NCBI RefSeq assembly: GCF_052425735.1
Contig: NC_135766.1
Location: forward strand, 26,226,001 to 26,290,000
Direction of reading: 5' to 3'
Length of the DNA stretch: 64,000 nt
Source of the DNA: Oculina patagonica
Taxonomy: Eukaryota
Shown: positions 34,067 through 45,400 of the stretch, piece by piece
Layout of the letters: each line of letters opens with the position of its first letter
Position numbering within the stretch: position 1 is the first letter of the stretch
Notes under the pieces: model-generated
Database searches by the model: none
Told to the model about the DNA's origin: nothing
What the model saw: only the letters and a program-made list of their open reading frames with translations
Position numbers and translations under genes: made by a program

Positions 34067-37000
34067 TTACGACTGTGAGATTGGCGTAGGAGTGGATGCG
34101 TCCAGTTGTTTGGTCAGCGGCTTAAGTGCCTCGCTTGACCCTCGGGACGTCCCGAGATAGGACACAATGGCTTTCTTGATGTGGTATCTCGGACTGGGAG
34201 GAAGTTTCTTCAATTCAGACAAGTTCATTCGATTCCAGTCCTTGACTGTTCTGTCATAATCCGCCTTTGCTTGCTTCTCAGCTAGAGCCTCGTAAGTGTT
34301 GGTGAGATCAGTCCTGCAATAAGTGGATAATTCACTGTTGATGTAAAATACTCAAGCCTGGGGCAGTTGGGTGATGATACTGGAAGTGAATCTGTGGAGG
34401 TATCCCTACTGGGTGATGGGGAGAGGAGAGAGATGAGTGAGTGTGATGATGATTGGTTGATGACTGAATGATGATTGATTGATTGACTGATAATTGATTG
34501 ATTGATTGATTGACTGATTAATGATTGAATATTGATTGATTGATTGATTGATGAGCCTCCCACAAGCCTTCTTTCTTTTAAGTAGGGAGAAGAGGGCAGA
34601 AGGAGGGAAAGGGGAGCTTGTTCCCATCAAAAATTTGGATCAGTCAATAGCTAATGCTTATTGCATGAAGAAATAAGTTGGGATCCGATCAAAATAAAGG
34701 TAAATTGACCCCTGAAATGTTCAGTGTCAGCGTATTTCATACCTGAAGTTGGCTAACTGGTCATACGTCATTTTGTGAGGCTGATAATGTGATTGGTTGA
34801 ACTTTGGAAAATTTGGCATTGGTAAAGGAGGGAGCCTGGTACTGCCATGTTCATTACTGGACCGTGACAAATTTCTACTCCTGAAAAAAAGAAAAAAGAA
34901 ATGTTCAACGAAAGTCACTGTGACAGTGATAGACTTGCCTACAAGTTGAGCTCACAGAGCGCAAAGCGTGAAAACCAAAAAAATTGGACTCCTCGATCTC
35001 GGGTCTTCTAAAAAAAGCGAAGGAGGGGTGGGGCTAGTATTGAGAACTGAACTTCATAGTGAGCACCCGGACACTTAAATCTAAAATCTACCAGCTCTAA
35101 TGCTTCTTCTATCATTCTCTGTATATCCTTAAATACTTATATATGTATTCAAGTGAAAATGCCAGGTGCCTCAAGCAGTAAATAAGGTAATGACATTTCC
35201 AAAGTTTGTTACGAAAATAAATATCTTATTCTGAAAGGCTTGCAAAAGAAATAAGGACGAAAGTGACCATGGCCACTATCTTGAAGTTATCTTGATATTC
35301 TATGGATAGAAAAAACATAAAAGAATATATTAACATACCATTCAGCTGACTGGAAAAGCCTTCCAGGCAGTCTTGAGTGAGGAACTGGATTGGGAAAGCT
35401 GTCAAAAGTAAGATACAGGTTGACAATGGATGTTAGGAAAACTTAGGTAAGTTAAATTGAATCAAATAAATAGAGCAGTTTTCAATTGAGTGTCGTAAAA
35501 CCAAAACCAAAGTAATTACTCTGGCCAATCACAATGGACACAGACAATCCAGTGAACCAATCAAAACTCAAAGCAAATACATGTGGCTGGCAGGAAGCGC
35601 GGGAAAATGTGCGCGAGCGAGTCGCGATTGGTTTTGGTTTTAGTTCTGATTGGCTGAGAAAGTGGCGTGAGATTTTTAAGTCAATCACTGAGCGTAGTTA
35701 TGCAAAACCAAAGCAAACGCAATTTACTTTCGACACTCAAGTGAAAACCGCTCTAACAATGATACTTACTTATCCAGTTTCCAAGAGATCTCTGGATCTA
35801 AACACAGGGAAAAAATTAATATACGATTTATATTAATTACATTTTCTTTTATTGTACTCGAAAACTCAAAAAGTGATATTTAATTTTTTTTATATTAATT
35901 TTTATATTTTATAATAACATCTTATGTATTTTCTCCTGACTTATTTGCAAGAAACTTAAACATCATCAACTACTCTATATTTGTTTCACAGGACTAATGT
36001 TTTGATGAAATTCTGGAAGGAACACTAGTATGGAATGGTCAATCCAAGAATTTACCATTTATCGGTAATTCAAAATTATGATTCTCAGAATTTAAGACTT
36101 GATTCCAAATAAATTATTTTTAAAAAAGCAAAGATTTGTTGAGACCATCAGCTATACCCCTAGTGAAGACGAATATATTGGAGAAACTAAAAAGTTTATG
36201 TTATTGCCTAAGAATGCCCTTTGACAACTACCGGTAAGTGTGAGAAGCAGGAACTTATTAGGAACTACACTAATGGAAACATAACATGGAAGACGTCATT
36301 TCTTACCGACAACTCCAAGTGCTGTTGGTCTATGTCCATAACCTCTAACATGTGTTATTTCTTCCTGTTAAAGAGGAAAACAGCCAAACCAAACATGACT
36401 TTTCACTTTAAAGTTTCGGCTAACGACAATAACGTATAATTTTTTGGTTTGCGATCCTCAGTCCCTGTACTCCCATTTCCCAGTAAAAAAAATAGGTAAA
36501 TCTCTAAAGCTCCCGGCCCCTCTGATTCGGTTCACATTTTAAGACTGTTAATTAGAACACTCAGTTAACTTTTTTATGACTGACGTTGAAGGGAAGATAC
36601 TCATCATCTTCATCATTACCTGTTGAAGATCTTGGATTGTGCTGTTTACCATATACCGGTTGTAATAAGGCGACAGGCTGTTAAAAATATCAGGAGTAAA
36701 TGGCCTCCTGTAGAGAAAAATTATAATTTAATTATAATTTGCATGTGTCATCTTGCGTAACTCCCAGAATTTTAAATGAAAATAGCACAAATTATATGCT
36801 GCTGAATCTGGGCGTGTGTTAATTCTGGTCAAGTTTGACATTTTTCCTGATAAAATGTTTCTCTTTTGAGAAAGTTTAAAATTCACATTTCAATTTAGAA
36901 AATTAAAATAATGCTTTTCTGGGTAAACATACAACATCCAATATTTAACCATGGGGATCACGCTTTGCCTAATATTTTACCATTCACAAATCTCTTTATT

Positions 37001-39430
37001 ACAGAAATAAAAAACGCACCCGGGTGCATTGTTGAGTTATTTAAGCATGCGGGAATTTTTAAGAACACGAGAGAAGTGCATAGAGAAGCACGAGGCGAAG
37101 CCGAGTGCTTCTCGCACTTCTCAAGTGTTCTTAAAAATTCCCAAGTGCTTATATAACTCAACAATGCACAAGGAGAAAGTTTTTTATTTCTTTTATGAAA
37201 TGTTGAAGAAATTGCGCGCGCTAAAACTCGTGACCTAAGCAGCGTGCATTATAACTCAATAAAGCACGCACGTGACGTATGCAGCGTGCTTTATGGAGCT
37301 ATAATGAAGTCAAACTGACCAATCACAGCGCGCGCAATTAGTCAGACATTTTATAATACCCCATCAACGCCCCGCCGTCCCATGGCAACTTTTTTATCTG
37401 AATCTGCTCCTGAATGGTATTAGACAGATATAAGAGCTAAGGGTAATAGATGTCCCAGTACAGTAGTACCAGGTGCCTAAAACATTGTACATCATCTCTC
37501 ACTTCCCCTTCCACTGAGCCCTCTCTAGAACAAATCTACTTACACTGGAGGTCTGTGAATTGATTGTTGAAATTCAACCATCTGAGTCTTCAGTCTGTTC
37601 AACTCTGCTACCATTTGCTGTGTCTTTTTGTCAAGGCGTGTGGAAGCTCTGGAGCTAGTGGGCTTAGAGGATCCCTTGTCCCTCTTGTCTGTGTGCCCAT
37701 TTGTCTGTTTGCTTTCTTCACCTGCTTTCTTTGCATCGCTTCTTTTTTCTTCACCTTAAGGAAAATATTTAAATGTATGGTTTCAGATAATATCCATACC
37801 CACCCCATGGAGGAACATTGGAAGATCTGAGGGGGGGGGGGGGGGGATCTCAAAAGCAAAAGGGCCGCCGGAGCCGCACCCAGGAGACGGGGGGAGGAGA
37901 GGACAAGGGAGCCGGAGGGAGCACCACGGACCCACACCCAAAGCCGCCACGACGGACCGGCACGACGAGAGGAGGGCAGGCCCCGCCAGACCGGGGCGGG
38001 AACGGAGAAGGGGCGCGAGAGGCCCAATGACAGCCGGGGAGGAGAAGAGCGCGACAGGAGAAGGGAGAAGAGGGAGGAGGGGAGGAGAGAAGGGACCCGC
38101 CGGCCGCACCACGCACGGAGCCGAAGGAGGGAGAAGCCGCACCCGAGAGCCCAAAAGGAAAAAGGCGGAACACGAGTTACGGTATTTCAAAAGAAAGTAT
38201 GAGCTAAAACAGAATTTCTGAAGGGGTGGGGTTGGGGGATACAACCAAAAAAACCTTTATACCTACATGGTGGGGGTATGGATTTTTTCTGGAACAACAG
38301 AATAACAAAGACATTAATTTAGTTCTTCTAGATCGTCTGGGTGTGAAAATTTTCTTGACTCTGAAGATGACTTCCACTCAGGTTGTCAAAATATCAGTCA
38401 ACAACAACAATAATTATTTAATATTCTTTTTAGAACTACCCTCAACGAGATGATCACACTAGATGAAGTACACTCCTGGGCTCAAACCAACTACTATGAA
38501 GAAAACTCTTGAAGGAAAATACAAAAGGGGTAATTCAGCAATATTAAAGGGGTAGGCCACCCAGCTGTGCTTATGCTACTCATAATTTTATTATTTCAAC
38601 TGATCAGCATTCACTGATCAAAATAATGTTTCACTCAACTGTTAACTGACATGCATTGTATTTCAAAAAGCTTTGTAATAATCCTGAATATGATGATTAT
38701 ATTGGACTCATGAAACTTCTAATTACTTTCAAGAGTTAATTTTCAATTCAAGGATTGTGTGTATTCATGACCATGCATCTTCTTCCTAGATCCTGTTATG
38801 AAATTTGTAAATTTTCAAAGTACCCCGGAAATGAATTGTATTTATAGGTTCTTATTCGGTTTATCGATGCACCAGTAGCGCTTACAAACAAGCTTACACA
38901 AAAGCTTGGCCTTTATCAGGATCTGTTTTGCCGAATTCATGATCACAACATAACACACATGTCAAGTTAATTTTTTTTAGATCTTCTGGTCTATAAAATT
39001 TCAAATCTCTAGCAAAGTGTTACAAGGCGAAAAGAATTCTACAGAACGTGTATATGCAAATACATCAAGCTTTCATGACCTGTGTGAGTTAATCGGTGTA
39101 ATTAGCGACTTTACTCACTTTAGCTCAATCGCGCACGAAATTTCACAATGGCGCTGCTCGGATGCACGAATGTTGTTGTTGAAACTTGAAGTACACTTAT
39201 CTTTATAATTGTCAAAGTCTAAACGGCCTGGATTTAAAATTTTGTTTCTTGTATATCATTCAATTCATATGCATTTCCGAAATGTGACTTTTCCTATAAC
39301 AAGAAGCTTTGCGCAATTTTACGAGATATCAATTACCAGTGGTGGCTTTTGTATCATGGATGCCTTCTTCTTCATTAACTTCTTTGGCTTCTTGCTTTTC
39401 TTCGTCGTTGTGGTCTCTCTCCTTTTCCAT
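34067..39430 (-). CDS. Uncharacterised protein, paralog A, 7 exons, about 287 aa (candidate ciliary gene)
   Basis: Exons 39430-39337, 37754-37544, 36707-36620, 36364-36307, 35797-35770, 34880-34743, 34313-34067. Shares TPDIFNxLSPYYN, GSTRLPP and DWxRMNLxELKxLP..RYHxKKAIxSYxGTSxGS with paralog B. Confidence 0.85.
34440..34553. repeat. (GATT)n microsatellite
   Basis: Imperfect tetranucleotide run. Confidence 0.9.
35471..35755. mobile_element. TAGAGC-family MITE
   Basis: TIR TAGAGCAGTTTTCAATTGAGTGTCG / CGACACTCAAGTGAAAACCGCTCTA. Confidence 0.75.
38325..38495 (+). mobile_element. Penelope/retrozyme-like repeat with decayed hammerhead
   Basis: gact-CTGAAGA-tgac..gtc-AAAA-tatc-agtc at 38358-38399; the GAAA core has apparently been lost by CpG decay. 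Confidence 0.45.
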
Positions 39431-39761
39431 AGGAACAAAATTAGAAAACGTTTCAATGCAGTGTAAAGTCTAATAGCCACAAAGCTGGCTCAAAGTCATC
39501 CCCAAGAGAACAATTAAGCTGAAAAGCTTCTAAACAATAACTTTCTTTGATGCGAGAGTCTCAAAGGATTTTCCAAATTAAACATAGTTTCGGTCATCTT
39601 ACCTCTGTGTCGCTCATTGTATCGGAATTAAAGGAATCGCCGCTAAAGTTTGTTACAAGGCTGTGTTTTAAAATCCAAACGAAATTGTGAATATTTATGC
39701 TGGCTCATAGAATCATGCAGCAAATTAGAAGTAATCGAATAAGGTAAACGAACCTGATCCT

Positions 39762-39775
39762 GTTTCCATGGCAAC
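39762..39775. promoter_or_regulatory. RFX X-box upstream of paralog A
   Basis: GTTTCCATGGCAAC, a canonical X-box; about 330 bp upstream of the ATG and about 160 bp upstream of a putative 5'UTR donor at 39602. Confidence 0.65.
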
Positions 39776-40571
39776 ATTGCGTTGAAGTCACTTAAAGGTG
39801 TCACATTACGATGAGAATTATTATTTGGCAAATATTATTGTTAATGAAGTGTTGAGTTGTCTTTAATTTTCTAAAAAAGAATACATCCTATTTATTTTTT
39901 ATTGACAAGTTCTTTTCTCTTGTCATTGAAGTTGAAAATTTATGTAGACTGAAAAACAATTCACGGTCATTTATATCTGCTACGCCAGGACACGAAAGAT
40001 CACGTTTGATCAAAATATGCAAGTAATTATAAGTTTTTTTTCCAAAGTACAAAATCCTGTTCATTATAAAATCTCATATAAAGTAGCAACCTGCCGAGGC
40101 ATCGATAGAAAAAAGGTAAACAAAACTACACAGGCAGCCCAAACTCAAGATCTGAGACCATCAAAGGAATGATGAAGAACGAACTTTAAACCTCTGTAAA
40201 GATGAGTCTCCCATGAAGCAGTAAAGAAAGAAGTGACAAATTTTTTTTAGCTGACAGCTCAGAAATGTTTATGTAAATAATAGCTGGGAAGACTTTTGCC
40301 TCACAAATCACAAATCACCCTCTTTTAGCTCGGTTAGACTGACGGTAAGGACTTCTTAGAACCCATGGCTATCCCTTACTAAGAAAGCATTCGAGTTGCG
40401 TAATCATTTAGACTACTTTTCAGAGCTTTTCAAGAAGCCTTTCGACGCCAACCTGAAAGATGCTATTTGTGTCATTCTTCGACAAGGTCGTGGCCTTGCA
40501 ATGCTTGCGTGAAGTTGGTAATGCTTTTTTTTTGCACAAATCCCTTCTCACAATAACTTTTTTGCCCGGAT

Positions 40572-40604
40572 CATAGTTAGTAGAGGTCACCTCTACTAAC
40601 TATG
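40572..40604. mobile_element. Putative P-type excision footprint (33 bp)
   Basis: CATAGTTAGTAGAGGT-C-ACCTCTACTAACTATG flanked by exact 7-bp TSD CCCGGAT. Confidence 0.75.
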
Positions 40605-41791
40605 CCCGGATCAAAACCATAACTTTTAAATTTACTTTTAATCTTTTTCAAACTGTTTCTTGTTATCAACTTTGTTGGAATCCGTGGCCAACAAAAACAG
40701 ATACAGACGTTCAAAAGCCCCTCCCCGCCCTTATCAAGCTACGGCCCTTTCCCCAATCATTACCTCTTTACGAAAAGTTGCAAGTACCGTAGCGACGTAG
40801 CGTCCACTTGCCGGCCAACACTAAGTGTGAGAATTTTTGCTAATGTGTAAAAACCAAGCCTTTCAACAAAAAACGCATCTTTTATTGAATTTGACATAAC
40901 GTTAATTTGACAAATTCTTTTATGATTTCTACCGTTGAACACTTCAAACGGTACGTCAGATTTTAATATGCTGCAATCCTGCAAATTAAACCTACAATTG
41001 CTTAGCAAATAAAACAATTTAGAACTACCTACATACAAGATTTACAATATAACAGCATTGAAGAAATTAAATGCATGGACGATTAATATGAATTATTTTG
41101 TAGCTAGATTCGATTTTCTTAATTTTTAAAAGCCACATTTATAATATTTCGAATCCAATTTAATTAGATAATCTGATTTTGATTTTTGTATTCAACCTTA
41201 TACATCATAATTCTCGCTCGTGGAGTAGGTCGAGTAGTGACCGGCATAAAATATCTTCTGTACGACTTATAATTGACTGAGAAGGGAACAAATATGACTG
41301 ACACAACACTAGGCAGGAAAAATCGAGATAGTCTACCAGCTTTAGTCGGTTTCGATGGTCCGGCATATTTGCTGATAATCCGTTGTAACACTTTCAATCC
41401 ACAAGATTGACCAATATTTAATTTATCCTTACATTATCAATTAAGTCTTAAGCAAACAGGAAATGAGAATAAAAAAGTAATCAACTATAAGACAGTGTCT
41501 TGAAGTACTGTTAAATTCTCAGAAATAGCATCGACAGAAATGTATGAAAATCTGTAAAAGGTTAAGCCTGCTGTCGAGCTAAGTGGCTCATCAGGCCGGA
41601 GCTTATCCCGGTTTCAGTAGCATGAAGCGACTGGGAGTATTTCTACTCCCCCTGGATGGGACGCTAGTCCATCCGGCGCAGGATTACCCCCAGCAGAAAA
41701 TTCGCCGGTACCTATTTATACACCTGGAGAAAGCATTATGAAAATATGTAAGGAGAATTAAAAGTAAACGAAACAAAACGCGTTTATCCTT

Positions 41792-42408
41792 TCAACAAGA
41801 AGTTTCTCTGGTAACGAGGGTCTCCAGCACCATACACAGCTCACTAAACTTTGGTCTGTCATTAGGAGACGCCTGCCAACATTTTGTCATCACTTCATAG
41901 CTGAAAAGAAAAACACGAAGCGTTAGTTTTGCGTTTGCTGTTTACTGTCATTGGTTTAAAAGAACTCTTGCAACCAACCAATCAGTGTGTTTGTTAGCCA
42001 GCACGCGAATTTTCCCGCGCTTGGTACCGGTAGCACGTTTTTGCTTCGCGCGTTTTGATTGCTTTATTATGTTTCTTTGTGTTTGTTATTTCTGGACAGC
42101 GGTAATTATTTTGGTTTTAATTTGGTTCTACGAAACCGCTTTTTGAATAAACTGAAAATATAACACGATAAGTGCTGTCATGTTAGCCTGTATAAACAGC
42201 TGAAGCAAGTATTTTGGTGGTAGAGTATAAGGTGAAAATTGAATTAAAAAACTTACATGACGCTTGAACTGTTCACAGGTTTCTCCATTCTGTGTCCAGA
42301 CTTGAGACTTTGTAAAAGATCTTTTGTCTGAATCTCAGGGTAAGGAACAGCGCCTAAAACGTTAATACAGCATTACACCGTTTACACCGCGTTGACATAG
42401 AATATCAT

Positions 42409-42452
<44 letters not shown>

Positions 42453-45400
42453 AAGCTGCCCTTTTAGCGCCAGGTGATGCAAAAGGCCTCATCCATTGAC
42501 AAAAAATTACGTCAGTTGTAATTACACCAAAAAATTCCGTACTGAGGACGTGAATCAACAGTGTTTCTTATTGGTTGTTGCTAGGTAATGAATTTTCGCG
42601 CGCAAGTGGCAACCAATCGGAGAGATCACATAGGCCTATACAGTTCCACATCACCAGTTTGGAATCTTGGGTGAAATTACAGACTGAAGAATCACTCCCG
42701 GAGGATCTGAGTAAAATACAATGTTTGATTTACAGTAACCAGGGACAAACAGACAAAGCCGTTTCACTTACCTCCAGTTTCAATCTCCCATAGAAGAACA
42801 CCAAAAGACCAACTGCGATTAAAAAAGAAACCACTTTTAGATGACAAACTTTAAACAAACAGTACTTTTCAAGTGAGCCCGGTTGTTCCAAGGCAAATAT
42901 TACAAATTTAATCAAAACTCACACATCGCTTTCAGATGAGAAAGTCATCGATTCTAAAGTTTCCAGAGCCATCCACTTTGCTGCTGTCAACTTCCCCTTC
43001 AAAAAATAAAATTATATAAAAAATAATAAAAGAAAAAGGTATTGTGGATACTCGTTTACAAATCGGAAGTATATACCGAGTGCTTGCCATGTAAAAAATT
43101 ATCGTTAAATAAAACGGTCCTTTCACAATCCACGGAAAATGAAATGTTTTATACCCGGGGTGATATCATTGCATCAAAAATCTTACAGGCAAGAGAAGGT
43201 TTCAATCTACTAAAATTAGTGTGTCGTCTCTGACTAAAAAGGGCATGAAGTGCTTTCTCTTTTAGGTGATCAAGTGAGATTTAAAAATTTCCTGAAGAAG
43301 ATATTTTGGTTCCTAAATAAGTATAATCTTGTACAACATCAATTGTTTGTTTTTTCCATATAAAATACATGTTCAGAACATTTTTTTGCACGTGTTTGAA
43401 AAACCATTATCTTGGTTTTTTGGGATTTACGCTCAACATCCACGTGTTGCAGTATGTATCTAATGTGTTAAGACAGTTTTGCAGACCTGTTTTGGAACGT
43501 GATAAAATAATTAAATCAGCATATAGTAGAGCGTTTAATTTTGCACCGTTTGGTAGAACAAAAGGATAATAACATCCAGAATTTTACATTCCTATCAAGT
43601 AAAATATGAGTTAACAATCAACAAATTAGAGAATCATAAAGTTTTCGTATTTTATTTAAACTTACACTTGAAATGTCCTCATGGAACGTCTGATCATGAA
43701 TGTCACGTGAGCAGCCAATGTTGGTAACCTTAGCAACACTGTTTTTACCAAGACAAACGTTCCTTGCTGCAAGATCCTTGTGAATGCACTGTCAGGGGAC
43801 AAACAACGAAGAAGAACGTTTTTAGTTTCTTGTTTTTGTATATGTGCAACACAGCTAAACTAAGCGCCTCGAGACAATATTGTTCAAGTCGTAATAGTAT
43901 TGTATTGTAAAATAAAGTATTGATGAATAAGAACTTAAAATGTAAAGAAAGAAGTTTAAGGTTTATCGAGTTACCCCTTTTTCAGCTATATGCTTCATTC
44001 CTTTAGATACCCCTAGAGCGATCCTAAGTTTTTCCACTTTTGATAAAGTGCACACTTTTTGAGTGGAGTTTGTTTCGTCATTCGCCTGGTTTCGTTGAAG
44101 ATAGTCCAATAGATTCCCATGTTCTGCTTCTTCAAATACGAGATACGTAGGGCCTGGATCGAGTAAACAGAGTCAGACGGTTAATGTAGAGTTTATATCG
44201 TGTCAATTAAAATAACTTAAGTATGAAACTGGGATAAGGAAAGCCAATCGCCTTTGCCTTTAGCAGCGGGGATGTTTCGATCGTAAGAACAAAGAATGTT
44301 AAGTGGTTGCATTCAGCCTTTTTATTTTTCCATTCTAAAGAAACACGCAGAAGAATGAAGGTAACCAGGTGCTAGCTACTCTCCTTTTTGTACCATTTTG
44401 TTGTTAATCCTTCTTTTTTACATAGATCAAGAGATTATTTTTCAGTGTTTGCAAACAACTGAAAACAATATTATTTGACCAATAAGGTATAAATATCAAC
44501 CAATGTTAATTATGCAGCATTACAGTCAGGGGCTTGAGTGTCGAAAAAATGAACAAAGTATTAAACTGAAAGAGCTGTCGTTGATCCAATTACATGTGGA
44601 AGCTAAAGTGGCAATTTGAAATATTTTCCCTCACAAGAACAGCAAACGTTTTCCGTTAGAAAATTATTAATGTAATGTAGCCTTGTTTCTGTCAATTAGT
44701 GTTGCTCCTTGCCCCCGTGACGCATACAAACACTAACACAAACCGCAATACTTTGATCTGGTTTCTTTGTTTTTTCTTTTGGAGGGACGAGGACTCCTCA
44801 GTGTACATAGGTACCAGACCTCCGCGTGCTCACCTTTAATAGTACAAGCTCCAAAGAGGTTCAGTATGTTTGGATGGCTTCCCAAGCCGCTTAAGATTTT
44901 AAGCTCGGCTAACAGATCATTTACATCATCTAATGATCCACTTTCCTCAATGTAAAACTCTGCAAAAAGTAATTCTGTTAAGCAAGTCAAACAAGTTACT
45001 TGAGCCTACACAGTGTAATCTTCAGAAAAAGTACAAGTAACGAAATAAGTATCTGAAATAACAACAATGAACACTATTATTAAAATGATGACGATGATGA
45101 TAGTATGTCACATCAACTGAGGTAAAATGTTACTACTGAAATTGTTCTAGATTATTTTTAATTTCAATGGATTAGTCTTTGTGTAATATTTTCAATACCA
45201 CCGCTATAACTTTGAACAAAAAGAATCTAAGATGGCAAAATCGTGCTACAGTGCAACAGGTTTAACGAGTTTACTCTTCTCCCAAATTGTGTTGCGTTAT
45301 ATTTTCATTTAATACTGTAGTTGTAAAAGTTGTGTGAGGCCCTGCCAGGGGGGTTCGCGTGTCGCTTGTCTAAATTTAAAAATGTGCCATGTTGCTATTT

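Noticed and set aside
37608-38244. Several overlapping GC-rich ORFs
   Set aside because: Same T-less tract; the real exon is 37544-37754 in another frame.
41792-41850. Possible frameshift in the last kinase exon
   Set aside because: Re-reading gives a clean FSELCMVLETLVTRETSC* frame.
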